Part shown: positions 14,514 through 25,307 of the stretch, piece after piece
Numbering within the stretch: the first letter of the stretch is position 1
How the letters are laid out: each line of letters starts with the position of its first letter
Assembly (NCBI GenBank): GCA_964016885.1
Contig: OZ024743.1
Span: forward strand, 16,864,001-16,928,000
DNA: 64,000 bases
Reading direction: 5' to 3'
From: Eledone cirrhosa
Lineage: Eukaryota
Notes under the pieces: model-generated
Databases searched by the model: none
What the model was told of the DNA's origin: nothing
The model's input: only the letters and a program-made list of their open reading frames with translations
Made by a program: the position numbers and the translations under genes

Positions 14514-15053
14514 ATAAACAACAATGTAACGCAGATTTATATACAGATACATACCATATGCATATACACACACGTGAAAAGAAACCACACTATTGCGTGT
14601 GAGACACTATACCGGCCAATTTGACCAATTTACATTGGTAAAATATTTCTTAACATTGACTTCGCTTCTAACCCACATACACCTTTTAATTATATATATA
14701 TATACTAGGAGCTGAAAGTTAATAATTTGAAAAAAAAAATATTATTGAAAGTTTACTATAAAGAAGCAGTATCACGGGAAAAAAAAACAAAAAAAACGTT
14801 ATTTCGCTGTTAATAAACAACTGCCTTCCACAGTACGTTTCATTTAACTTACGCAGCATATTTATTTGTTTACATGCACAGACTCTTCTACACACACACA
14901 ACATTTAGGAAAACGGAAACAAAATACACAAAAAAACAGACATTTTATTTCTATCGTAATCAAGTGCGCTAAACCTATATTGTTTACATTCTGTGTTTTT
15001 CTACGGATGGGTAGAAATAACAAAATTGCCATGGTGATATCCATCGATGAAAT

Positions 15054-16190
15054 TTGCGAAAAACTGGTCGATGTCCAAAAATAGAACATTGCCCGGAAGA
15101 TCACACCTGCCATATATGTACGGAACCCGAAAACTCGTTCCGTAATCGTTGGGTCGAATGTGGAACCTGTCGCATCTCTGTCTGCTTTCAATGCGCCACA
15201 GGCTTCCGGAAGATCCCAGGCCAAAATAAGAAACATCATATTGCTCCGATGGATAGACTCTGGGAGATGGTCCAGCTAACAAACTGGTCCTTTCAGTGCC
15301 TGGACTGTATGCCTGCTTCTCCCATTGCTGCGGAACAACAACAACAACAAAGACCGAAGATCGTGTCTTCTACCATTGTTCCTGAACAACAACAGCAAAA
15401 ACCGAGGATCGTGTCTTCCTCTACCATTGTCCCTGAACAACAGCAAAAACCAACGACCGTAGCTTCTGCTACTACCCCCGTTGAAGGACTTCATCAACAA
15501 CAGCAACCCATGTCTCTCTCACCCGTTACTTTTCAACAACAACAACCGACGACTGTGTCTTCTACCATGCCTGTTGAAGGAGAAGAACAACAACAAAAAC
15601 CGACCGTCAATACGGAGTTTGAGGTAATACGGCAAATGATTTCCGCTTTAAGTCAAGAAATAGCGGAAATAAAATCAAGCGTTCGTGTAGAACCCCACAA
15701 TGAGGGATCTTACCGGAGTGCCTTGTTAAAAAATCTCCGCGTACCTCATGTTGAACCTAGACGCATTGAGAATGCCACTGAATCTGCAAACCACGAAGTG
15801 ATTGCCATTGGTGTGCCGGAAGACATAGTTGATCTTCAGGCATTTGCTGCCAGTTCATCCAAAGACCTGGGCTGTGCTCCCGCAAAGGGTGCTCTACGCC
15901 TTGGCCGACCAGGCCCGAAACCCAGGTTAATTAGACTGTCGTTTTCAAACTCAGCTGAGGCACTTTCATACCTTGTAGCCTCTGATAAAGCTAGGCGTGA
16001 AAGTCGGATTGCTTTCCGAACACGTCCTGGTCTTCCACCTGATGTCCGCCCAAAGTTGCGTGCTGCAGCTTCCCTAAACCGCCGCTCGGCAGAACATGAA
16101 AGCTTCAGCCTACGAGATACCAGCTGGTCTGAAAACACTGTACCCACAACAACTGACAATAAAGTAACTGAAAAAACTCTGGGAAACTAA
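15054..16190 (+). CDS. CR1 ORF1-like protein with PHD-like finger and Q-rich internal repeats; start uncertain
   Basis: CHICTEP..WVECGTCRISVCFQC..WSFQCLDC, a coiled-coil segment, and RLGRPGPKPRLIRLSF typical of CR1/L2 ORF1. Confidence 0.7.
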   Translation: MRKTGRCPKIEHCPEDHTCHICTEPENSFRNRWVECGTCRISVCFQCATGFRKIPGQNKKHHIAPMDRLWEMVQLTNWSFQCLDCMPASPIAAEQQQQQRPKIVSSTIVPEQQQQKPRIVSSSTIVPEQQQKPTTVASATTPVEGLHQQQQPMSLSPVTFQQQQPTTVSSTMPVEGEEQQQKPTVNTEFEVIRQMISALSQEIAEIKSSVRVEPHNEGSYRSALLKNLRVPHVEPRRIENATESANHEVIAIGVPEDIVDLQAFAASSSKDLGCAPAKGALRLGRPGPKPRLIRLSFSNSAEALSYLVASDKARRESRIAFRTRPGLPPDVRPKLRAAASLNRRSAEHESFSLRDTSWSENTVPTTTDNKVTEKTLGN

Positions 16191-16249
16191 ATCAGAACAA
16201 CCTGCTATCCCTTGCACATAATCATAGACTGGAATCAAAGTACAAACTG

Positions 16250-19009
16250 TTGTCCTTGAATGCACGTAGTCTATGCAATAAGATTCATCTTTTTGACTCC
16301 TACGTCAAAAGTATCAACCCGGACTTCATTACAGTCACGGAAACTTGGGCACATCCCTTACTCTGTGATGGGGTTTTCAGCATGACTGGCTACAACCTGT
16401 TTCGTAAAGACCGTATTAATCGTCGTGGTGGTGGTGTAATGGGCTACTTTCGGTCAAATCTGTCGGCAATTCCTTGTGCTGATTTGAACCAATCACAGCA
16501 GGAATTTTTTTTCTGCGATATACGTATGACCATGTCAACACTGCTACTTGGAGTCGTTTACCGTCCCCCAAATTACCATCAGGACACTCAACTTTGTGAT
16601 ATCCTCTGAGTTGCTGCCAGGAAGACAGCCACTTATGTTTTCATTGCAGGTGACTTCAATCACCCTGAGATTGACTGGGAGTCCTTTCGTTGGCCGCCAA
16701 GTGCAAATGACTTCCTTGAGCTGGTGCTGGACTCGAGTTGGTCCCAGGTGGTCACCTCCCCAACGAGAGGTGACAACACTTTGGACCTACTCTTCACCAC
16801 TACTCCTGAAACGGTCATTAGTGTTACTGCTGAGGAACCTTTAGGTGACTCTGATCATGCTATGATCATTGCCAATCTATCCCTCATGGGCAGTAACAAG
16901 AACCACAACCATCTCCAAACTGCTCACTTTGACTGGAATAAAGCAGACTGGAACTGTTACTGCACCGAGTTGCAACGGCCAAACTGGCTTGAGTTCTATG
17001 ACTCTGGAGATGTCAACACTGTACTCCAGAACATCCTGAGCTCAATATGGACAGCATGTTCAGCATTGGTGCCACGTAAGCGGAAAAAACACCCCAAAAG
17101 CGCAATTTGGGAGACTGCAGCAGTCCGTCTTGCCAGAAAAGAACGGCGCAATGTTGAACGTGAGTACAAACTTCACAAATCAGACATTAATAGGAAGAGG
17201 CGAAATAGATCGTCCAACCACCTCAAACAGGTGACAAAAAAGGCAGTGCTTCAATTTGAGCAGCGCATAGCAACCAGCCGTGACAGTAAGGTGTTCTGGA
17301 AGTATGTTGACTCAAAGCAGAGGCCCAACTCTCCAGTTGGTCCTCTTCGCAATCCCCACAGAAGCCAGGTTACTGACGACCACAAGGAATGCGCAGAGCT
17401 CATTGCTGAATGCTATGCAGGCATTTTCACCATTGAAGACCAGAGTGTACCGTCTCCACCACCTATGACACCGGACTCTATTACAACCATGGAATTTACA
17501 CCTGCAATGCTGCGACGTCACCTAAAAAATAAACGAAACCATGCCTCTCCTGGTCTTGATGGTGTTACGTACCTGCTTCTTAAACGTGGTGGGTACTTCC
17601 TTCTACACCAGTTATCACACTTCTTCCAATTCTGTCTGAACAACAGTGCTACTCCAGAGCAGTGGAAAACTGCCAGTGTCATTCCTCTGTTCAAAAAGGG
17701 TGACCGCACATGACCTGTGAACTATCGTCCAGTCAGAATTACTAGTTGCATCGCCAAACTGATGGAATCCTGTGTCAGAGAAACACTTTGGAACTTCTGG
17801 AGCTCTCACAGTCTTAACCGGCCCTCGTAATTTGGATTTATCCCCAACTCCAGCTGCTGTGATCAACTTATAGAGTTTCTTGAGGACATCACCCGGATCA
17901 CTGATGGCGGCTCATGGGTGGATGTTGTTTACCTTGACTTTGCGAAGGCCTTCAATTCTGTGCCACACAAAAGGCTTATGGCAAAACTCTCTGAAATGGG
18001 TGTGAAGGATGATCTTTTTAACTGGTTGAAGTCCTTCATTCTCAGTCGAAGAGAGGTAGTCACGGTTCTGGGACAGCATTCCTCACCATATGAGATGTCA
18101 TCTGGTGTACCTCAGGGATCTGTTCTTGGCCCCCTTTTGTTTGTGGCATATATTAATGACATAGATGCCAACTTAAGGAATGCCACAGTACTAAAGTACG
18201 CAGACGACATCAAGCTGTACCTTGAGATAAAAAGGACAGATCCTGAACACAATAGATCTTGCTTGCAGTCTGACCTGGACATAATGCAACAGTGGATCTC
18301 AGACTGGCAACTCAAGCTAGCTGTGGACAAGTGCACCACCATGCATTTTGGGAGTAAAAACCCAGCGTCCACATACTCCCTCCACAGCACTAATATCAAG
18401 AAGTCTTCCTGTGAACGTGACCTGGGCATTACGGTCAGCAGCGATTTGCGTTGGACGAGGCACGTCTCTAAAATTGTCAAGAGGGCCGAGGGTGTCTTAG
18501 CATCACTCAGCAAGACCTTTGTCAGCCGCTCTCCAGATATCTATATAAGGCTGTATACAGCTATGGTGCAACCACACTTAGAATTTGCATCACCAGTCTG
18601 GAACCCCTATCTTGCTCAGGACATTAACCGCCTGGAAACTGTTCAGAGACGTGCAACCAAGCGAATACCCTCCATCAGGCATCTACCATACTCTGAGCGC
18701 CTTGCTTCCCTGGGCATGGATTCATTGAAGCTCCGACGCCTGGCAACTGACTTGGTAAACACCCACAAAATTGTTAACCATGTTGCCAACAACAACCCTG
18801 AGTACCTTTTCGATGTCCATGTATCTAACACACGTGGACATGCCCACAAAGTAAGAAAACAGCACAGTTCCCATGACTTTCGGAAACATTTTTTCACGCT
18901 CAGAGTTGCTGAAGCATGGAACAAACTACCTGCATCAGTTGTTAGCTGTCGAGACACTGCATCCTGTAAGGCCTCCATGCTTCCCGAGAACCGCCAACAG
19001 AACAGCTAA
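16250..19009 (+). pseudogene. CR1 ORF2 (APE endonuclease plus reverse transcriptase), disrupted
   Basis: SLNARS, VTETW, GDFN, LDLLF, SDH, LDFAKAFN, GVPQGSVLGPLLF and YADD are present, with a frameshift near 16610 and stops at 17713 and ~17830. Confidence 0.9.
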
Positions 19010-19124
19010 CACATACACACATGTACTTCCCTGACACTTGTGTATTATTCTATGTACTATATTGACGAGTTTTAGTGCACCTGAGCACTTTACACAATAA
19101 TTTCATTATTATTATTATTATTTA

Positions 19125-21990
19125 TTTTTGTAATGGAATATGATCTTTTGATGCTTTCGTGTTTCAAAACGAGTTTGATCATCCAATCATGTGATTCCCT
19201 TAGTTATGTAGATAATCCAATTGTTGCAGTTTTCAACGCAATGTCTAACTGGATTAACCCACGTCCTCCTTCTTTCCTAGGGAGATATTTTCTATCTATA
19301 TCTGCCTTAGGGTGATGCATTCTGTGCATGGTTAAGAATTTTCGAATTTTTGTATCGAGCCTACGGATCTCTGTGCTTGGCCAGTTGATGACATTGTAAC
19401 TGTAGGTTACTACTGGTATGGCAAGCGTGTTTATGGCATCGATCCTATTCCTTGCATTCAATTCCGTTCTTAAGATTGCTCTTACTCTGCGGTAACATTC
19501 CTTCCTTATCCTTTCCCTCATTGTCGAGTGCTTGATTCCGTCTCCTTCACAAACACCTAGGTATTTGTAAGTTTTTTCTTGATCAAGTTCTCTTATCACG
19601 TTTCCCCGATCAAGATTAATGTCTGAACTCTTCAGCAGCTTTCCTCTGGTGAACGTTGCTTTGGCGCAGTCATCACTGAACTGCTCCACAGTTCATCATT
19701 TTTTGCAAATAGTTTCAGGTCATCCACGTAGAACAAGTGATTAATGGTTTTGTCATAGACTTTATATCCATGTTTTGTTTCATTGAGCATTTTACTTAAT
19801 GGTATAAGTGCGATGCAGAATAAAAGCGGTGATAAAGAGTCACCATGAAAAATTCCACAATTAATATTAACTTCTCCAGCTTCCAGTGATTTTGTTTCAC
19901 TATTCAAAAGGAGTGTCGTTTTCCATGTTTTCATACTGAATGACAAAAACCTCCTGACAACGGGGGATATTGTGAAAATCTCAAAACATTTTTCAATCCA
20001 ACTGTGTGGCAATCTATCGAATGCTTTTTTATAATCTATCCAAGCAATTGATAGATTGTTGTGTCTATTATGACTATCTTCCAGTATCATTTTGTTAACC
20101 AAAAGCTGATCCTTACAGCCATATGAGCCTCGTTTACACCCTTTCTGCTCAATGGGAAATAGGTCATTGGTTATCAGGTGGTCTTATGTGTATTCAGTTA
20201 GGACTGATGTTAAAATGTTATACATTGTGGTCAAGCAAGTTAACGGTCTGTAATTTTTGGGATTGTTTGTCTCATCATTCTTTGGAAGCAGAAATGTAAT
20301 GCCGTTAAATAGCCATGATGTTATCTTTTCTGGCTCCTTAACTATTTCATTGTAAAGTTGGGCTAACAGCTCATGAGACTCTGTGAAGGCATTTATCCAA
20401 AAGTTTTGTATTTTGTCTTTTCCTGGGGATTTCCATTTGCTGGTTTTTCTTAGAGCCAAGCGCAACTGTTCAACTGTTATATTTTCCCATATTTGTTCCT
20501 CAAGGTGAGCTGTATCTTTCATTTGTCTGTCTATCCATGGGGCATGTATGTTATGAACTTTTTCTTCGGCCCAGATCTTTTCCCAGAATTCTTGCACTTC
20601 CTCCTTGGGTGGTATTGATTTAGCAGTTATTGTTGACTTACCAATTTTTCTGCAGAAGTTTCTTTGGTTGTTTTTGAACATATTATTGTCCTTATAGAAT
20701 CTAGATCGTTTTCATAGTGGCTTATTCGAGCAGCTTTGGCCGACAGTTTTTGCTTGATTATTTCTATCAGCAAGTCTATGTCACTTGGTGATTTTATACT
20801 GTACTTTATTTTCAATTTTCTAAGTTTAGTTTGTTTAACATGTTCACCTACTTTATAGTTTGTTAAAATTTCTATGTCAGATCGGAGAAGGTTTATTTGG
20901 CGACTGATGTTCTCTTGCCAAGTAGATTTCTTGTGGAAATTCCTTTGTTTTTCATCTTCACTCCACATAAGTGAGTGGTGACTTTAGCCGATGCATAATA
21001 GAGATGATTTAAATCAGTAATGTTTAGTTTGTTTGTGATGATAATGTTTTTGAGAATTATGTTAGTCTTGTGTATTATCTTTTGGTTCTGTTTGGAGATC
21101 TGGATCTTACGGAGGGTGTCTCGTTCCCTCATGTCAGATTCTTTCATTTTCATCCATTCGATCATAATTTCATCCTTCAATTTGGCAAGTTCATTCCCAT
21201 TCATTTCTTTATCATTTACGATCTCATTATTTTCATTTGGAGTTTCATATTGAGCATGCACTCCCTCCACTTTTTCGATCCTTTCTTTAATTTGTTGTGT
21301 TGCCAGTGATTCCGCCTCAACCCTGGGATTCGAAGTGTTACAATTTACCTCCTTTTCACTGACACATGTTTCATTTTCCCTTCGCTGACTTTGTGCTAAT
21401 AGCCTGATCTGATAAATTTCTATATCAGTTAGTAACTTTTTTTTTACAATATTTCTTCGTATATTGGCTAGTTTGTTACTGTCAATATAGCCTCAGTTTT
21501 CGGGATGTTTCTTTTTACAGTTGATCTATGTCTGTTCTGTATTCGATTTATTTGATGGGTAGTACATGGCAGTGTAGAAAGCCTCAAGGACTTCTTTATT
21601 ATCTTCCCTTGACCATTTTTCTCTCTTTTTCTTTGGATTTCTTGGTGGTGAGCATGGAGGGCCAACAGTAGGAGTATTCCGGTTATGGGAGGTCTCCAGC
21701 TCCAAAGTGATGGGAAGGTTTGAACCATTAGCTGATTTTTCGACCCCAGTCTGGTTCCTCTCTGAGGGACGCGGCCCTTTTTTACCCGGGTGACGGCCCA
21801 TCCGGTATGAGATTTTATCATTAGACATTTACTTTATTTTGTCGCGTTTTATCCTTATCCGCCAAGGGTTAATCATTTCGTGTTACCACTTCTAGAATGA
21901 GTGTCAACCAATACTAGAGGGGTCGTCCTCCCCTAGAGACACGGCTATTCCCCGCCGGCCGCCATCCCGGTATTTCTGGGTCACGGGGTT
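19125..21990 (-). mobile_element. Dong family A, 5' part of the split full-length copy including the 5' UTR
   Basis: RT fragments (YVDD), N-terminal region (KWSREDNKEVLEAFY), and a GC-rich 5' UTR ending ~21990 before T-rich/(TTA)n sequence. Confidence 0.9.
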
Positions 21991-22027
21991 TTCTTTTTTG
22001 TTGTTTTTTTTAATTATTATTATTATT

Positions 22028-25000
22028 TGCATTTATCTTGCTTTATGTTCATACGAGTTATCACCAAGTCTCAACAGTGACCTCAAGAGACAACAATGTC
22101 CGCCATGTTCAAGAAAGAACACACATATTCACACATGCATCCTTAGTGTTTAGACTTGTGATGTACTTATATTGACAGGATCTTCCTTAGTATATGGGCA
22201 GTTCCCATTAGTACTATCTTTTGTATTTCTCCTATACGCGGGTTTCCTGGGATTTGCGATAAGTAGTCGTTAGACCCCTTAGGTATCATTCCCAGAGCGC
22301 CTACAAACACTGGTATTGTTTTAGTTCTCAATTTCCAAATTTTTCCAATTTCTATCTCCAGGTCCTTATACTTGCTCAATTTTTCAAATGTTTTTATAGA
22401 TACATTCTTGTCTATTGGAACAGACATATCAATTAGCAGGCATACCCTCCTTTGAAAGTCCTTCAATATTATATCAGGTCTATTTGCATCTATTTTTCGG
22501 TCTGTTTGGATGCTAAAGTTCCACAAGATTGAGATGTGATCTTTTTCAAGTATGGGAGGTGGTTGATGCTCCCACCAATTCTTTTGATGGGGCAGGTCAA
22601 AATGCTTACACATTATCCAATGTATGTATTGTGCAGCTCTGTCATGCCTGTTTAGGTATTCGGTTGGAGCTATAGGACTGCACATTGAAATTATATGGTC
22701 AATGGTCTCTGGTTGTTTTTTGCATACACGGCATAATGGGCTGCACCCATTTTTTATTATGTTGGCTTGGTAATTTTTTGTTGGCAGACACTGATCTTGT
22801 GCGGATATAATCAGTCCTTCAGTCTCCGATTTCAGTCCAGAGGATGCCAACCACTGATGGGTTAAAGTTTTGTCAACATCAGGATTGTTAGCTCGCTCTG
22901 GGTATTTTCCATACAGAGGCTTTTCTTGCCATTTCTTAGCCAGTTTCTGTTGCAGTTCTTTCTTTCCAGTTACTTTTACCTGCTTTGCTTTTTCTGTGTT
23001 TTCCATTTCAGCAGTAAATGGGACTTCTGAAATTTGTAGTCCATTACTGTATCTTTGTGCATCTTTTGTAATGGAATATGATCTTTTGGTGCTTTCGTGT
23101 TTCAAAACGAGTTTGATCATCCAATCATGTGATTCCCTTAGATATGTGGATAATCCAATTGTTGCAGTTTTCAACGCAATGTCTAACTGGATTAACCCAC
23201 GTCCTCCTTCTTTCCTAGGGAGATATATTCTATCTATGTCTGCCTTAGGGTGATGCATTCTGTGCATGGCTAAGAATTTTCGGATTTTTGTATCGAGCCT
23301 ACGGATCTCTGTTCTTGACCAGTTGATGACATTGTAACTGTAGGTTACTACTGGTATTGCAAGCGTATTTATGGCATCGATCCTATTCCTTGCATTCAAT
23401 TCCGTTCTTAAGATTGCTCTGACTCTGCGGTAACATTCCTTCCTTATCCTTTCCCTCATTGTCGAGTGCTTGATTCCGTCTCCTTCACAAACACCTAGAT
23501 ATTTGTAAGTTTGTTCTTGATCAAGCTCTCTTATCACGTTCCCCCGATCAAGATTAATGTCTGAACTCTTCAGCAGCTTTCCTCTGGTGAACGTTGCTTT
23601 GGCGCATTTATCCAGTCCAAACTCCATTTTAATGTCATCACTGAACTGCTTCACAGTGGATAATAGCCCTTGCAATTGTTCATCATTTTTTGCAAATAGT
23701 TTCAGGTCATCCATGTAGAACAGGTGATTAATGGTTTTGTCATAGACTCTATATCCATGTTTTGTTTCATTGAGCATTTTACTTAATGGTATAAGTGCGA
23801 TGCAGAATAAAAGCGGTGATAAAGAGTCACCCTGAAAAATTCCACAATTAATGTTAACTTCTCCAGCTTCCAGTGATTTTGTTTCACTATTCAAAAGTAA
23901 TGTCGTTCTCCATGTCCTCATACTGAATGACAAAAACCTCCTGACAACGGGGGATATTTTGAAAATCTCTAAACATTTTTCAATCCAACTGTGTGGCAAA
24001 CTATCAAATGCTTTTTTATAATCTATCCAAGCAATCGATAGATTTTTGTGTCTATTATGACAATCTTCCAGTATCATTTTGTTAACCAGAAGCTGATCCT
24101 TACAGCCATATGAGCCTCGTTTACACCCTTTCTGCTCAATGGGAAATAGGTCATTTGTTATCAGGTGGTCATATGTGTATTCAGTTAGGACTGATGTTAA
24201 AATTTTATACATTGTGGTCAAGCAGGTTATCGGTCTGTAATTTTTGGGATTGTTTGTCTCATCATTCTTCGGTAGCAGGAATGTAATGCCGTTAACTAGC
24301 CATGATGGTATCTTTTCTGGCTCCTTAACTATTTCATTGTAAAGTTGGGCTAACAGCTCATGAGACTCTGTGAAGGCATTTATCCAAAAGTTTTGTATTT
24401 TGTCTTTTCCTGGGGATTTCCATTTGCTGGTTTTTCTTAGAGCCAAGCGCAGCTGTTCAACTGTTATATTTTCCCATGTTTGTTCTTCAAGGTGAGCTGT
24501 TTCTTTCATTTGTCTGTCTATCCATGGGGCATGTATGTTATGAACTTTTTCTTCGGCCCAGATCTTTTCCCAGAATTCTTGCACTTCCTCCTTGGGTGGT
24601 ATTGATTTAGCAGTTATTGTTGACTTACCAATTTTTCTGTAGAAGTTTCTTTGGTTGTTTTTGAACATATTATTGTCCTTATAGAATCTAGATCGTTTTT
24701 CAAAGCGCCTTATACGAGCAGCTTTGGCCGACACTTTTTGCATGATTGTTTCTATCAGCATGTCTATGTCACATGTTGATCTTATACTGTACTTTTTTTT
24801 CAATTTTCTAAGTTTAGTTTGTTTAACATGTTCACCTACTTTATAGTTTGTTAAAATTTCTATGTCAGATCGGAGAAGGTTTATTTGGCGATTGATGTTA
24901 TCTTGCCAAGTAGATTTCTTGTGGGAATTCCTTTGTTTTTTCATCTTCACTCCACATAAGTGAGTGGTGACTTTAGCCGATGCATAATAGAGATGATTTA

Positions 25001-25071
25001 AGTCAGTAATGTTTATTTTGTTTGTGATGATAATGTTTTTGAGAATTATGTTAGTCTTGTGCATTATCTTT
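22028..25071 (-). mobile_element. Dong family A, 5'-truncated copy with uninterrupted RT-RLE coding region
   Basis: (TTA)n on both sides; same 3' UTR as the other family A copies. Confidence 0.95.
22167..25070 (-). CDS. R4/Dong RT + CCHC zinc knuckle + restriction-like endonuclease (N-terminally truncated)
   Basis: Uninterrupted frame with GIFQGDSLSPLLF, YMDD, CRVC..ETIDHIISMC and RPDIILKD..LIDMSVP..K..KY. Confidence 0.92.
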   Translation of the reverse strand, partial: KIMHKTNIILKNIIITNKINITDLNHLYYASAKVTTHLCGVKMKKQRNSHKKSTWQDNINRQINLLRSDIEILTNYKVGEHVKQTKLRKLKKKYSIRSTCDIDMLIETIMQKVSAKAARIRRFEKRSRFYKDNNMFKNNQRNFYRKIGKSTITAKSIPPKEEVQEFWEKIWAEEKVHNIHAPWIDRQMKETAHLEEQTWENITVEQLRLALRKTSKWKSPGKDKIQNFWINAFTESHELLAQLYNEIVKEPEKIPSWLVNGITFLLPKNDETNNPKNYRPITCLTTMYKILTSVLTEYTYDHLITNDLFPIEQKGCKRGSYGCKDQLLVNKMILEDCHNRHKNLSIAWIDYKKAFDSLPHSWIEKCLEIFKISPVVRRFLSFSMRTWRTTLLLNSETKSLEAGEVNINCGIFQGDSLSPLLFCIALIPLSKMLNETKHGYRVYDKTINHLFYMDDLKLFAKNDEQLQGLLSTVKQFSDDIKMEFGLDKCAKATFTRGKLLKSSDINLDRGNVIRELDQEQTYKYLGVCEGDGIKHSTMRERIRKECYRRVRAILRTELNARNRIDAINTLAIPVVTYSYNVINWSRTEIRRLDTKIRKFLAMHRMHHPKADIDRIYLPRKEGGRGLIQLDIALKTATIGLSTYLRESHDWMIKLVLKHESTKRSYSITKDAQRYSNGLQISEVPFTAEMENTEKAKQVKVTGKKELQQKLAKKWQEKPLYGKYPERANNPDVDKTLTHQWLASSGLKSETEGLIISAQDQCLPTKNYQANIIKNGCSPLCRVCKKQPETIDHIISMCSPIAPTEYLNRHDRAAQYIHWIMCKHFDLPHQKNWWEHQPPPILEKDHISILWNFSIQTDRKIDANRPDIILKDFQRRVCLLIDMSVPIDKNVSIKTFEKLSKYKDLEIEIGKIWKLRTKTIPVFVGALGMIPKGSNDYLSQIPGNPRIGEIQKIVLMGTAHILRKILSI

Positions 25072-25307
25072 TTATTATTATTATTATTATTATTGAATGC
25101 CATGGTTGACGGAGGCTCGGCTCTGTAAGGTATAGTAATTTTTAACCGTTAAAACAATTGTAAATTGTTTAAAACTTGAACCAAATTGTTGATAAAGACA
25201 CCCTCCTCCTCGTGAGAGGGGTCTTTCTGTCCGTTATTTGGCCCTTCGGGGTTAAATAACCAGTTATTGGGGTTTTGTACCCAAAATTTCATTTTAAACA
25301 AAAAAAC

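Larger units (their letters stand above)
14514..19123 (+). mobile_element. CR1-clade LINE nested in a Dong element
   Basis: ORF1 with PHD-like Cys cluster, APE-RT ORF2 with a CR1-type C-terminus (..ERLASLG..LRRL..D...TRGH..K..FF..RV...WNKLP), and an (ATT)n tail at ~19103-19121. Whether 14514-15030 is the 5' UTR is not certain. Confidence 0.88.

Noticed and set aside
25200-25230. HDV-like ribozyme in the Tx1 5' UTR
   Set aside because: An L3-like loop is present but no P1, P1.1 or P2 partners were found; kept only as a generic structured UTR.
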